Assembly: GCA_023213395.1 (NCBI GenBank)
Contig: CM041465.1
Span: 182,349,741 to 182,413,740, forward strand
Length of the DNA stretch: 64,000 bases
Direction of reading: 5' to 3'
From: Cycas panzhihuaensis
Lineage: Eukaryota > Plantae > Cycadophyta
This document shows positions 1-12,948 of the stretch, one piece after another; position 1 is the first letter of the stretch, and each line of letters opens with the position of its first letter. The translations under genes were made by a program, and so were the position numbers. The notes under the pieces were generated by a model, which worked only from the letters and a program-made list of their open reading frames with translations, searched no databases and was not told the DNA's origin.

Positions 1-500
1 GAGTCATTAATAAAATAGCGGGTGAATGTGTTTCTAGCAAATGCACAAAACATGGAGACCAAGAGGATGGTTGAAAGAGAAATGATGTGGATTTTGAAGT
101 GGCCACAATAAACATTAGGTGGCCCTATTCAACATAGAGCCAAGCAAGTTATTAAAAAGAGTGTAAAACAAAGATGCGATATGACAGAAGAAGAAGAGGC
201 ATAATTGGAGTCTTCATTGGAGGAATGGGCACCAATAAAGGAAGGGTTTCTGCCTGCCACTGAATTGGGAGAAGGGTCTTCTCGCTAACAGATTTCCTTG
301 GAAGGGTAGGGGAAACAGATAGTCCAATTGGTGGAGGAATACAAAGCGGAAATCACTGCTTTATAGGAAAAGCTAAAGGAAAAGGATGCCATGATAGCCA
401 CCTTAACACAAATCAATGAAGATTTACTAAAGGCCAGTGAAACTAGTAGAGGCTTGGAGTCGGGGCAGGGGTAGCCCCAGTTGTAGAGTGGGGAGGAGAG
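1..500 (+). pseudogene. Decayed 3' end of a gypsy accessory ORF, homologous to the extra ORF of element F
   Basis: 301-428 reads EG*GKQIVQLVEEYKAEITAL*EKLKEKDAMIATLTQINEDLL, matching KGKIQQIIQLIKE..EIVALQDKVKEKDGIIATLTQTNEEIL of ORF 46666..46887(-). Confidence 0.75.
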
Positions 501-591
501 AGAATACAAAATGTTTAAAAACCTGACAATGGCACCAAGATTTTGATTTTGAACAAGGATGCTCAACTACTTTTTGTTGACTCAAGATAGA

Positions 592-1832
592 TGTTGAGGT
601 CAAATTGTGACAGCATGCTTGGAACAGTGGAAAACATGCTAATGTGTGTTTAACAAGATGAGATATATATAGGTGAAGACCCAACATGTCCTAAGTATGG
701 ACAAAAGGATGAAAAAATCTAGTAAAGTGGCAAAGAAATGCTTTCGGGGAATGCATGACAGTATGCATTCTGAATAAGAATGGGCACAGGAACTTACGCA
801 GTAATGTATTCAGGAATGCATGGCAGAACTTGCCTAGATTTGAGTGATACATCCTAGGTTGGATGATGTTAGCCTTCCAAGTGTCTCTTTACGGTCGTAT
901 GACTATTATGTTAATGATTGGTCAATGATTAAGTGTAATTATAATGAAAAGGTGTATGCTAGGAAAAGGAATGGTTGTGACCATAAGTCACACCCATTCC
1001 CCCTAAAAGCATGTAATTTGGTATATATTGTCCATTTCTTCACCTTGTCGGCATAAGAGTTGAGTTATTTGATCTTATGTCATGTTCTCAATGTGTGAGG
1101 ATGCGAGTATTGTGATGTAAGGACAAACTTATGGTGTTATTGCTTAATGAAATTAGAGTTACAAGGGAAATATTGTGCAATTGTATAATATGACATTGTT
1201 GTGATGACAAGATGATGTTATGATGTTGTTGAGGTAATGTTGAGGAATTTGCAAGTATGTGTGGATGGTTGTAAGTGTGAATAAGTGGCAATTTTGTTGA
1301 GAGCATTCCTAGGAAGACTACATTGAAGGGGCCTTTTGACTATAAATAGTTGGGGGACTAGGAGTAAAGTCAACAATGGCTCTCTAAGCCCCCAACATTT
1401 ATAGGTGAGGAGTTGAATGACAAGCTCTAGTTGTTTAGCTAGCAACTTGATGACTTGTATGCCTACCTTGATAGTGTTGACATTGCTTCAATGAGCCATT
1501 CTAGAAACCTTTGCTTAATCACATTCAATTAACTTTGAAATCTAGCCTTATGACTACAATGAAGTTACTTGATCTATGGCTTCCATTGATCGTTCTAGTA
1601 ACAAAGGCTTCCAAACAAGGAATTGAAGCATGCTTGTTAATATTTTGGAGGAGACATGCAAAGGTGGTATTAGAGCAAAGGTATTGTGTCTTGCCTGTTG
1701 CGTTCTTTGCATAAACTCTCTCCCAATTGCCTATCACTCAACCCTCATAGTAGGGTCGTTACTATCCTTGAGTGAGAGGTGCAAGCTCACTCCTTTTACA
1801 TTTCCATCACCCATTTGTGCAACAACTTATCA
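592..1832 (+). mobile_element. Probable 3' LTR of an F-related gypsy element (right end uncertain)
   Basis: 551-600 gaacaaggatgctcaactactttttgttgactcaagataga|TGTTG matches the PPT/LTR junction of F (reverse complement of ~46564-46613: gagcaaggatgctcaaccctattttgtcgaccaaggataga|TGTTAG). Confidence 0.5.
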
Positions 1833-2663
1833 ATAAATGCTTATTATACGATGCTACATTTTAGTATGACCGCATATAGATATATAGTCACCTATTATGG
1901 TGATGCTGAATGAGTAACATGGGTTAGTAATCACAATGATTATTGCAATTTTTCCATAGGTGTTTGACTCTATTTAGATATTTGCATGCTTTTGGTTTTG
2001 ACACCATCATCTCTTGTCCTCTTAATCTTGTTATACATTAATGGGTTTCCTTCGAAGATGATTGCCTAATCATCTTTACCTATTACTTTTCTTTGCACTC
2101 TTGTGAGTGATTTTAACTCAACGTACATGGAAAGATTCATGAATAATAGCAATTGTTTTTAGTTACTAACAATAGAATGCTTCATCTAGAGCAGAGAACA
2201 TATACTTTATAATTCTCGTATGGTTGTTATTGGCAAGGGAGGACATATGTCGTGTGTGCTTCTTGCAATTGATTTCCTAAGCCCTTTATATGATACAAGA
2301 GGGCATTTGTTGAGAATTTTTTAATGTACTTATATGTCTTGTATGCTTTCCTTAGTTATCTAGTATGCTCTATGAGATTCATTGCTTGATATGCTCTATA
2401 ATTTGTTGGCATGCCCCTTTTTAATTGCGAAGGCATGCTCTCTTGTATGCTCTACTAAAATTCTGAGGATGTACTCCTTAATATGGTATTTATTTATCTT
2501 TAGTATCATGCTTGTTAATATTATTTGTATATTAATTAGGCATATAGTTAAACAAATTATTATTTTGCCATATTGATCATCACATAATTAAGAAAGTGTT
2601 AGGTACATTTCTCTTTCATTGCTTTTTAAGGATTTTCTAAGCTTTTCTTTTTGGTGGCATCAA

Positions 2664-3620
2664 TCTCTCTTGATGTTTCATTGGTGCCCTACAACAAATT
2701 TTGGGATTGAATTTCTGGAGTACCTTGTAACACATCTATAGTACAACCAATCTTTTAATTAGTAATTTAACCTTTCTTGAGGTACATATGGTAGAAGTTG
2801 AATGTCAATACTTTCAAGTAGCTCATCCATTTGCTTGATCAGATCATCCTCCATCTCTTTGTTGTTTTCATCTTTTGATACTAACTTACGAAAACATTTC
2901 ATCTTGTTGGTTTCCCCATATCGAATTGAAGAGGGATGTGTTAGTATCCTTTCAATTTGAATCATACTTGGCTTCAAGTTCTTTGTAAACTTTTGGTTCA
3001 TGTTGTATTACTTCACCCATGGCATTACTATCTTGGATGCTGTCTTAGATTAAGTCATGGACTTATAATCGTCTTCACCATCTATGATCTTCTGAAAGCT
3101 TGCATCTTTTGCTGCCAATGGAATTGTTACTAATTTTTTATTTGTAGTTAATGTAAATGTATGCTTTTTCCAATTTGTATGCAACCTATGGCATATGGCC
3201 ATGGCCTTCTTGGAAATGTTGGGCATGGTTTAATGCATGGAATTGATTCTATTACTAGAAAATTGGGAATGGTTGTGATACCTGTAGTGGTGATAGAAAT
3301 GTGTTCTTATTGGTTGAATCCTTAGTTTATTGGCCAATATATGGAGAAGTTTGGTAAGATTAGTAGTGAAGATCATGTTGTTTCCCAAATAGTTACTTTC
3401 AACACATTAACACTAGATCCTTTATCCACTATAGTTGAACAACATAACTGAATACTCTCGATTCCTACTAGGTAAATACTATTGTCGATGGCATTGCCAA
3501 TCCAAACTCATTTACCAGCCTTGTTAGTAAATACTATTTTGGTGCTATTGCTATGGTTATGAGTGTTATCCATTTTAGGTTGTGTTGCCTTTAGCCTATA
3601 TACCTTCTTGGTCTAAGATT
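2664..3620 (-). pseudogene. Ty3/gypsy pol relic, aspartic protease region
   Basis: Minus strand gives STIVDKGSSVNVL (~3400-3440) and a RRPW motif (~3200), retropepsin-like; many stops. Confidence 0.65.
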
Positions 3621-4190
3621 TCTTCTCTATTGGTTTATTCAAGTTCATAAAATATCAAAACAGGATAACTGAATTATCATAATCATAAATTTTGATGTTT
3701 TAATATATTAAGGAAATATCACTTAATTATGTCTCTTACATATTGTATAACTTCATAGTATGGTATGTATACTTTAGGTTTTGAAAAAAAGAAAAAGATT
3801 GAATGACTTTAGGTTTAATAAGAATGTTTGTTTTTAAAAAAATTGTATTATGTAATTTGTTGAGTTGAGTTGCGATTGGTGAGTATGAAGAATCCTAAAC
3901 TTTAATGGACCCAATAATCATAGTACAAGCCTAGTTGGACCAATAAGTAATAAATAACTAGTAGCTAATAATGAATCAATTGATAATAATTAGGCTAATA
4001 AAAGGTTGCGTGTTTATTTATTTCACACATACATCCTTTCACCTATAGATACTATGTATATATTATATAGTATTCCTATAACATTTATCATCATTTAATT
4101 TATCAATTTAATATTAATCTTTAGATAATTTTGGTCTACAAACCAACTGCTTCCAATTAATGAGTGATGACTAGCAGGGGTCATCTCAAG

Positions 4191-4202
4191 TGGTATTAGA
4201 GC
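4191..4202 (+). promoter_or_regulatory. tRNA-iMet-type primer-binding site after a probable LTR end (...TCTCA, 4188)
   Basis: TGGTATTAGAGC, one mismatch to TGGTATCAGAGC. Confidence 0.55.
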
Positions 4203-4237
4203 AAACACTTTCCTTGGTTAGTGGAAAGAGGAAACAG

Positions 4238-4239
<2 letters not shown>

Positions 4240-4319
<80 letters not shown>

Positions 4320-4320
4320 T
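4240..4320. repeat. Compound microsatellite (AT)n(AGAT)n
   Basis: Directly visible. Confidence 0.97.
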
Positions 4321-4547
4321 ATCAATTATTATTGTATTCATCTTTCTAGTCTCGCCTTTCTTAGCTCATTAATTATTTTTGTTTGTTCCATTATATTCAA
4401 TTCATGTTAATATTCCTTCCTTTAGCTCATCTCAGTCTGTCTTAAAGTCTCACTTAATAGATTATCTCTACATATCTTTCATTCCACTATGCCTTCATTC
4501 ACTATTGTAGGTTTTTAGTCTGTCACCAAATCGCCCTTTGTGTATAG

Positions 4548-4680
4548 GAGCAAGGCCCTAGATTACAATCCGAGGCATGAGTAGAACCCTAAATTGCAAC
4601 CTAAGGTGTAAGCAAGACCCCATATTGCAACCTAGATTGCAATCCAAAGCATGAGCTTCGACCTTGATTGTGACCAAGGT
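4548..4680 (+). repeat. Degenerate ~31-bp tandem repeat (ccctagattgcaacctaaggcatgagcaaga-like)
   Basis: About four imperfect copies. Confidence 0.6.
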
Positions 4681-7600
4681 TGTAATTAAGAGTGTAGTTA
4701 ATAAAGAAATGCAATTAAAAGAGATTTTGACCAATTGTAAGTTAGGGAAGTTAGGTCGGTGAATGGAAGTAGTTATACTTTCGGGGTATAAAATGCATAT
4801 TAGATACTGACTTAGGGATATGGTAGATTAGATTTAATATCTTCTTGTTGTAACAAATGAAGTTGATTTTTATTTGTACCTATTCTTCTATTGTACTCTT
4901 TTCAAGACTACATTTGGTTGTGATAGGACCAGATGTGGAGCCCACTTTGATAATAAAGGTGTAATTTGGTTTGCGTCAATTTTGGAGTTGAGTTGAACCT
5001 TGTGTTCTTTTATCTGCAATCTTCTTGAATGTTGCAATTGGGTAGATAAGGGAGCACACATTGGCTCCATTGCCTCACATGAACCTGGAAAGAAGTGTGT
5101 AGATAAAATGGATGCGAGTGGCTAAAGACAGGCGAAGGGTCTTTTCATGCGACCAAAGAATAACTTAGGAGAAAAAACTGAGACATGTCAAGAACATGGG
5201 AAGTGTTGGGCAAACGAAAAGTTACAAGGGGGTACGTGTAGACCTAGATTTTTCATTCCAAGGAGGTAGGTGAAGAGGAGACCACTTGTAGGTTCGATAG
5301 GGAAGGAAAAGTCAATCCTAGAAGAAGAAGGAGTAGCAAAGGAGTCTATGGTCCAACAAGAACTAGGGCAACAAAACCTAGTCTGAGAAGCAAAAACCTA
5401 GATAGAAATACAATTAGAAGGATTGAGTCAGGAGAATCAGTGTGTGATAGGAAAAGACCTTGCGAAGGAAGAAAGCCTGCATTTGATAACTTTAGATATA
5501 GAAGCATTGATTACATCATAAGCCAGGAGTATCCTCACATTGATAGAGAATCACAACACTTCAAGTGAAGGGTGGGATCATCCTATTGTAGAAGAACATG
5601 CTTCCTTCTCTTAACACAAAAATCCTCTATATGTGAAGATGGGTTAAAAAATTTATTGGATCAATCATATTAAATTTGTTGTTCCCACAAGGAAGAGGAA
5701 GCTCAAGCCAAGGAGGAAGTGTGATTGGAAATTCCTTAGGAGGAGAAAGTAGCACTTTGTTACAAAAAGGGAATATTATGAGCATTGGAGGGGGAAAACC
5801 CATTGCGAGGATGAGGAATGCCAGTATATCCAACAATAGGAGGAGTGGTAGTCAACCACCAAATGTTACGGGGACCATAGGAGCTAGAGCAGGAGAAGGT
5901 CATATTGCACCATTAGGAAGCTCTATAGGAGGAGTACAACACATAACTCCCTATGTGATTGTACAAAATGATGTGGCCTTCATTAATCTACAATTTGATG
6001 GATCAGGAGATCTAGGAGACCATTTGGCATTGTTCTCGAACATGTTGAACATAAAAAGGATTCATGATGCGGATGAAATTAAGGTGAGATTCTTCTTGAC
6101 CTTGCAAGGAGTTGCTATTCCATGGTACCAATTTATTGCCACATAGAACTCGACATGGGATCAATTGCAAGTCGAATTCTTAGATAGATTTCATAAATTA
6201 AGAGACCCCATGGCTATCTTTCATGCCTTAGAAGAGATTTGCCAATTTCTTGGAGAGTCAATGAGTGATTTTGATGGAAGAATGTGAATCATCATGAACA
6301 AGATGGAATCATCATGAACAAGATGGATTCAATAGCTCCAATCAACCATATGTTGGCCTTAAAATATTTGTTCAAGGATTGCTTCCATAGTTAAGAGAAA
6401 AAGTAACCTTGCATCTAATGAACAATTATGAACATGTGAGGGATCTCGCACTGAAATTTGAGAATCAGATGAAAACAACGTATTTATAGGCAGTAATGCA
6501 GATGGGGATAAATTCTCAGTATGGTCCCAGTCTCCAATTTGGAAGTAATTTGCATTCAGAAGTGCCAAACTTTCGACAAGGAGCAAATGTGCAGATAGGG
6601 ACCAATCCTCAACAAGGATTATAGGCCACACAAACAAGATTCTATTATCAACGTGTTCCACAAATGAGGTCAAACCCAAAACTAGAGGCATTAAGGAGAG
6701 AAGCTGAAACATTGAAGCAACAACCATCGATTTTAGTACCAACTGAACTGCAAAAAAATCAAGAACTTGAGCGATTGTGTGTGGGGTTGGCATGTCTCTA
6801 TTTAGAGAAATCAGGGAGAATGTATAGTGTTCACCACCTTGTAATCAACAAGGTCATACTAGAAATGAACATCAGGAGGCATTGATCGAGAGATGGTACG
6901 AAATTTGTTGGAAAAGCAATCACAATACATGGGAATGCTATTTTCGACCATCACTAAAGGGACAAGGACGAGGACTTGACATTAGATATCTATATTATCA
7001 AAGGATAGACCAGAATTCTTTTAAGCAATATAAAGGTAAAACTAAACCCATTTGATGCCATTTATGCCAAAGATGGGGGCATTATAAATCAACTTGTCCA
7101 TTGGAGAAAAAAGGAGGGGAACATGTTTGCAAAGACTGTGGTCCATCATACCATGAATGGACAAATTGCCCAAAGAATCCTAATGTACAGGTACAAGCTA
7201 CTAATTCAGTGACCAAGGTTCTTGATGAAGAAAAGGTATCATATTTGTAGACATGAAGTGGAAAAATATTGACATCTCCCAAAGCAAGAAACTTTCTAGA
7301 ACTTGGGATGGAAAGCAAAGATTTCAAGAGGCTGTCAAAACATTACAAGAAGCAATGAATGTGGTCCAAAAAGAAGAAACATAGCAAGCTAGTTGATTCA
7401 AAGGCCAAACTTATAAATGGAAACCAATCTTTCAAGAGATTTAACAAGAAGGAGAAATGAGGAAAGAAAAATCAAATCCATGGCAAAGATTGTAGTCAGT
7501 TGAGGATTTACTTACAAAATTGGAGGTCACAATTCCAATTTCTGCAGTATTTAAATGGTGGGAAGTTGGTTATTTTTAGCAAATTGTTCTTGATCAGATT

Positions 7601-7745
7601 GAAAAACCAATATTAAGAGCTCTAAAGATTGAAGCAGTCAATCCTCATGTCCCAATGGTGATCTTGTGAACAACCATTTGCAAAACTATTGTAGATGGTG
7701 AATCTAGAGTTAATGTTTTGCCAAAAACTTCATGGATATCAGTGG
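4681..7745 (+). mobile_element. 3'-truncated non-chromovirus Ty3/gypsy: putative LTR 4681-5060, PBS, gag with several zinc knuckles, protease
   Basis: TG(4681)..CA(5060) followed by TGGCTCCATTGCC (similar to the Athila-type PBS TGGCGCCGTTGCC). Gag motif FFLTLQGVAIPWY. Knuckles near 6830, 6900, 7057 (CHLCQRWGHYKSTC) and 7127. Protease-like TIVDGESRVNVL at ~7685-7720. Confidence 0.7.
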
Positions 7746-8649
7746 GGAGTCTCCTACTCTCTCCCATGTTTGCTTGTTGATCCACCTTTGAGTTGAGCTT
7801 GCAATCAACCCACTTAACTTCCTTTTGTTTTCCCTTTCTTTTGTCCCTGCATTTTACCCCACACTTTATCCACTTATGGGTCCTTCCCTATGATGTTTGC
7901 ATGTAGCCTCTTTAGCGGTGTCCTCTTCCATCATCTTGCGTTCTCCTTGGGGTGCCCATTTTCCATTGTGTTGTCAATTTCATTTTGTCCCTACCTTGCC
8001 CTCTTCCTCATATCCATCTTATCTTTGGCCTATAGTCTTGCACATCCATTCTCTAACTTCCACACTTCTTTGTTAGTCTTAGTGTCTATCTCATGTGTGC
8101 TTCTTGTTTCTTATCCATCGCCTCAATCTTAATCATCTGCCCTAATCATTTGTGTTGTCTATAGCTGAGATTGTAGACTTCCGATATTTCGTATATCTCA
8201 ACGTTTAAATTTAATTTACACTTCTTCATCTTGCTTTACAAAAAATTAACATTGGGATATTCTTTTTAGGATATTCCTTCCCTTTAAATTCTATATTTTT
8301 CTACCAAAACTACTTTGGGACACCTTTCTGTTTTGCATTCCTTCTCAACTTATTCCACCCTCTCATTTTCATCTATTTTTTTCAAGCTCAATCCATAAGT
8401 CTGGTTCTTCTACACCCTAACCCCTTTGCCAAGTTAAGTCCACTATTTGAAGCGGCAGGCATATGGTCCACTCAAGTCGAGAACCCTCCATTCAAGCCAC
8501 TTAAACTCAGAGGTCTCAAACAACAACCTACCGTTGATCGCCACTCATCAACATTGTGCCACGAACAAATTGTGCCATTATAGACCCTAGAGCCCTAATC
8601 TAACATCAAGAAACCTAGTGAAGTAGAATATTAAAAAACAACCAAAATG

Positions 8650-11030
8650 GCCTCAAGAGATGATGCCAACAACACTATCAATGCTTGCCTTGACTTCTTG
8701 TAAGAATTTGTTAAGACATCAAGATCATTAAGGAGTTTGTTAAAGAATCCCATAATGTTAAGTTGTTGGGATGAAGAGCTTGTGGACTAACTCTTCATAA
8801 TCAAGACAATTTCGCTCCTCAACTTCAAGTGATGAGGGTTCCAACAACAAGTTGGTCCGCTATAAAAAACATTTGGTTATGCCCAACTTTAGAAACAAAG
8901 GACCAATTGATTTGGAGGAATGGGTTGCTAAGTTATTTATAGCCTTTGAAGACATTCCCATACTTAAAGTACTTGAATGCACACGATTTAATATCGACCA
9001 TTTGGAGGGTCATATCTACATATGGGCCCAAAATGGTACAAAGGACAAACACATGCAGACTAAAAGCGCTTTGTTCACACTCTTCGTCAATGTATCAAAG
9101 GCCCGAATTCAAACCTATACAAGGTTCAATTTTCTCATTGTTTCCAACAAGATGCATCTGTTGAAGAGTTCATTGAGCGTTTTGAGAAAATCCATCTCCA
9201 AATTGATGTATCATATGAGAAAGTTACCCAATTATACCTTGCAAACCTTTGCCCTAATATTGGTGTAGATGTATGGATGTTTCAGCTCGAGTCATTGGAC
9301 ATTGCTATTCAAAATCAGGTACCATGCTACGTTTTGCCACCGAGATGCTTTATCTTGGGTTCTTGACCTACAATATTCACCCAAAATGAAGAAAATGAGA
9401 AAACAAAGAAGAATAACAAATGTTTTTAATGCAAAGATAAATGGGTATTGGGCCATAACAAGGTATGCCCAAAATGAAAGTAGTTGTATGCCATTGAGCA
9501 AGACCTTGATGACATCAACCCTGTAATTATTGATGAGAAACCCCAAGTTGAACAACCATAATTACCACCCTTGGAGGACAGACACCCAACCATATCGCTG
9601 GCAACTTGATTAGGGATACAACAACCTAATACAATCAAGCTAGATGGCTTCCTCCATAAAGAGAAGGTCATTATTCTCATCGATCTTGGAAGCACTCATA
9701 ATTTCATAGATATAATACTTGCTCTTTGGCTTGGCCTTGTTGTTGATAGGTCAAAATTTTTTCATGTTGTATTAAGTGAAAGGCAAATTTTATTTGACAC
9801 TAAAATATCACATCAGTAGCTTCAAATAGGCTTGCTCACATTCTCTATGAACTACTATGCCTTCTCGATTGACACCCTCAATGATGTACTTGGTGTTGAA
9901 TGGCCTAAGGAGTTTGGCACATATGATCTAAATTGTATGAAAATTTTATCTGCTTCTATTAGGACTATAAGCTCTACTAACTTGTTGGCATCTCTGTGCC
10001 TAATGCTAAGGTCATCTTAGTTTGAAAAATGGACAAGTTACTCACTAGGGGACATGCAAGCTTAATTGCTCACTTGTACTCAATGGAAGCCTTGAATATG
10101 AATGAGCAATTGGAAGGTGATCAGTTTATAGAGCTACAAAATCAATTGTAGAAGGATGACCAAATTTTTTAGACACTCCCCACAATTCTACCACTAGATC
10201 ATGGCATGGAGCACATTATTGAAATCAACCCAGGAGAAGGGCCAACCTTTGTATGACCTTATAGATATGGCCATTGACAGAAGACAAAAATTGAGTGGCT
10301 CACTAAAGACCTCCTTGACCTCAAGGCAATCACTCTAAGCAAAAGTCCTTTTGTTGCCCTGATCATCCTAGCTTGCAAGAAAGATGGTTCCTTCAGATTT
10401 TGCATCGATTATCATGCTCTCAACTCAATAACAATAAAGAATAAATATCCTACTCCTAGAATGGATGGTATTATTGATGAACTTCATGGCACGACATTTT
10501 TTTGTCTACAATTGTTTTGTAGTTTGGATACTATTAGATTCTTGTCTATATGCAAGACTACAACAAAACAGTTTTCAAACACTTCAATCACTGTTTGAAT
10601 TTAAAGTTATGTCATTTAGAGGTACCAAACAAGTTATTTGCGTCCTTTTTATGCAAATTTGTAATGGTATTTGGTATTTTATTTTTATGATATCCTTGTC
10701 CATAACAAAATATGGCAACATCATCTCTATCATTTAGATCAAACTTTGGAAACACTAGCTTGCAATAAATTGTTTGCCAAATGTTTCAAGTGTCATTTTG
10801 GCAAACAAACTCTTGAATACCTAGGTCACATCATCTCTGTCCATGGCATGCACATGGACCCTAGCAAAGTTAAAGCTATTCTTGATTGGCCAATGCCAAA
10901 ATATATTAGTTCCCTTCATGGCTTCTTGGGACTCACAGGTTTGCAAGTATGTTTAGGGTTGGTCCTCCATTGCTTCGTCCTTGATCAATTTGTGCAACAA
11001 GGACATTTTTCAATGGTCAACCTAGGTTAA
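8650..11030 (+). pseudogene. Decayed chromovirus-type Ty3/gypsy gag-PR-RT, truncated after RT
   Basis: Protease VIILIDLGSTHNFID (~9668-9712). RT KKDGSFRFCIDYHALN (~10378-10425), FFYDILV, and LEYLGHIIS..MDPSKVKAILDWP..LHGFLGLTG (ORF 10671..11030). Confidence 0.85.
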
Positions 11031-12948
11031 GTAATTGTTACTATGCACAATATATATTAGAAAGGTGCATGACAAGGAGGATGAGAATCGACATTAAATA
11101 AGATTTTCTAAATTTTATTTGAGTGGGACACTTAACACATTTAGTGTTTAAGGAGAAGGAGGGAATAAAATATGCTCTTGATTTTTAGCCTACATCTCGA
11201 GTTTTGAGAGATAAAATCATTGTACATAGTTTGGTGAAGCTGAATAACTGCTGGTTTTCCATAGTAGAGTTTGTTTCACAGAAACTTTAAATCCAATTTT
11301 GGAAGATATAGCAAGTTTAGTTTACAACAATCTAGTTTTGATGACATAGAACTCTGTTGGCAGTGAGAAAATTAATGATGGTAAGGAGATCACATCGAGT
11401 TTCATTACTTAATTAATCACTAGTGTTTGTTTTAATATTGCTTACTACAATGTATAAAATCCAATAATTAATTATTTGTTAATTATGATTATTAGGGAAA
11501 ATTACAACCATTAGTGCATAGTTCTCAGGTACAAATGGGAAAAGTATAAATTATCATTTAGGTGAGAGCAATTTTGCACCATCTTTTATCATTAATTGAA
11601 GTTATGAGAGGGCTTCAGTTTATGGTAGTCATTTGGTAAAATATTGTGAGTTTGCCCATTCATTGTGTCGTGTTGATTGATGTTCTTGTGTGAACCAAAT
11701 GGAAAGAAAGAGGGGTAATGCATAATGAATGTGAAATCATATTATCAATTGGAAGGGGTTATTGACATGTTTATGGGGTAGGCTCATTCCCTAGTAACAT
11801 GCATCCTTTGACTAATCATTAAGAAGCCATTCTTAATCTATTAACATAAGTTGACCTTATGCCCCTAACTTTACCAATGGTGAATGTCATTAAGTAATGC
11901 ATTACCCCCTACATAATTAATAATTAATGCTCCTAGTGCATAATTACTAACACATCCTAATGACACAATACCTAATCCATCTCCATGATTCAACACATAA
12001 CAAATCATTAGCTTTCTTGCTAGTACTTTTTAACTTGCAAAAAGAAACACATTCCACATTTGATCTCATGACTCACCCAATTTGTTAAACCTTATGTTTA
12101 TATGTTAAGATAATGTACTTTATAATGTTTTATTGTTGTACTTTATTGGGTGACTTATCACTTAAGTGATAAAGTATACACCCAAATTCTTTCCTAGTGA
12201 CATAACATTGTAACTTAAGGGTCAAAGTGACCCTTACACACTTTTGCTCACAAGAGAGCCCAAATGACACTTGTCTTGCATGCAAAAGGTATAGCTTGGA
12301 TGTTTGACACTTGTCAAACATCAAGCCCTTTAGGTCTCTCCTCCAATTCTATATATTGAGACCAATTCTCATGTATTTAATATGGAGAGTGAGTAGCACT
12401 GTTATGCTACTAATTTGCTAATCAAACATTTTTTTTTATTTGGAGATTGGACCAATTCTTTCTCCTCCATATTGGTATTCTTATGCTTGTGCTTTTTATG
12501 CATATGCTTTCTTACTTTGCTTATTTCAATATTTGCTCTCTCTTAGATGCTAATCATTGTTAGAATTTTAACATGGAGAACATTCATCAACCACACAAGA
12601 TCAATATCAATGAATAGAGATCAATATAATATAATCAGAATGCATTAATATATCAAAAACATCAAAGACTCAATATGAGCCTTAATGATGTATTGTTTTT
12701 ATACACTACCTCAACCACCTTTATATACAAAAGAGGTGGGAGACTATACATCCCAAGTAATGCATGTGGGGCAAATACCTTTGTCCTAACCAATGACATT
12801 ACACCACTAACTTGACCAATAAGCTTCTATCTTTTTACATAGTATTATAATGACCCTTTGACCCTAAGACTTAGGACTATGACTAATAATCCTAGGACCC
12901 ACTTTTACTTAACCACACACGTTAAACACTGTATTCTAACACCTCCCC

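Noticed and set aside
1665-1676. PBS-like TGGTATTAGAGC
   Set aside because: No matching LTR pair or internal region could be assigned; it may lie inside the LTR.
1849-2663. Possible solo LTR (CGATGCTAC..GTGGCATCA inverted ends)
   Set aside because: The 5' TG is mutated and no TSD is found.
4548-4680. CRISPR-like repeat array
   Set aside because: Degenerate head-to-tail repeats without unique spacers, in a eukaryotic TE context.
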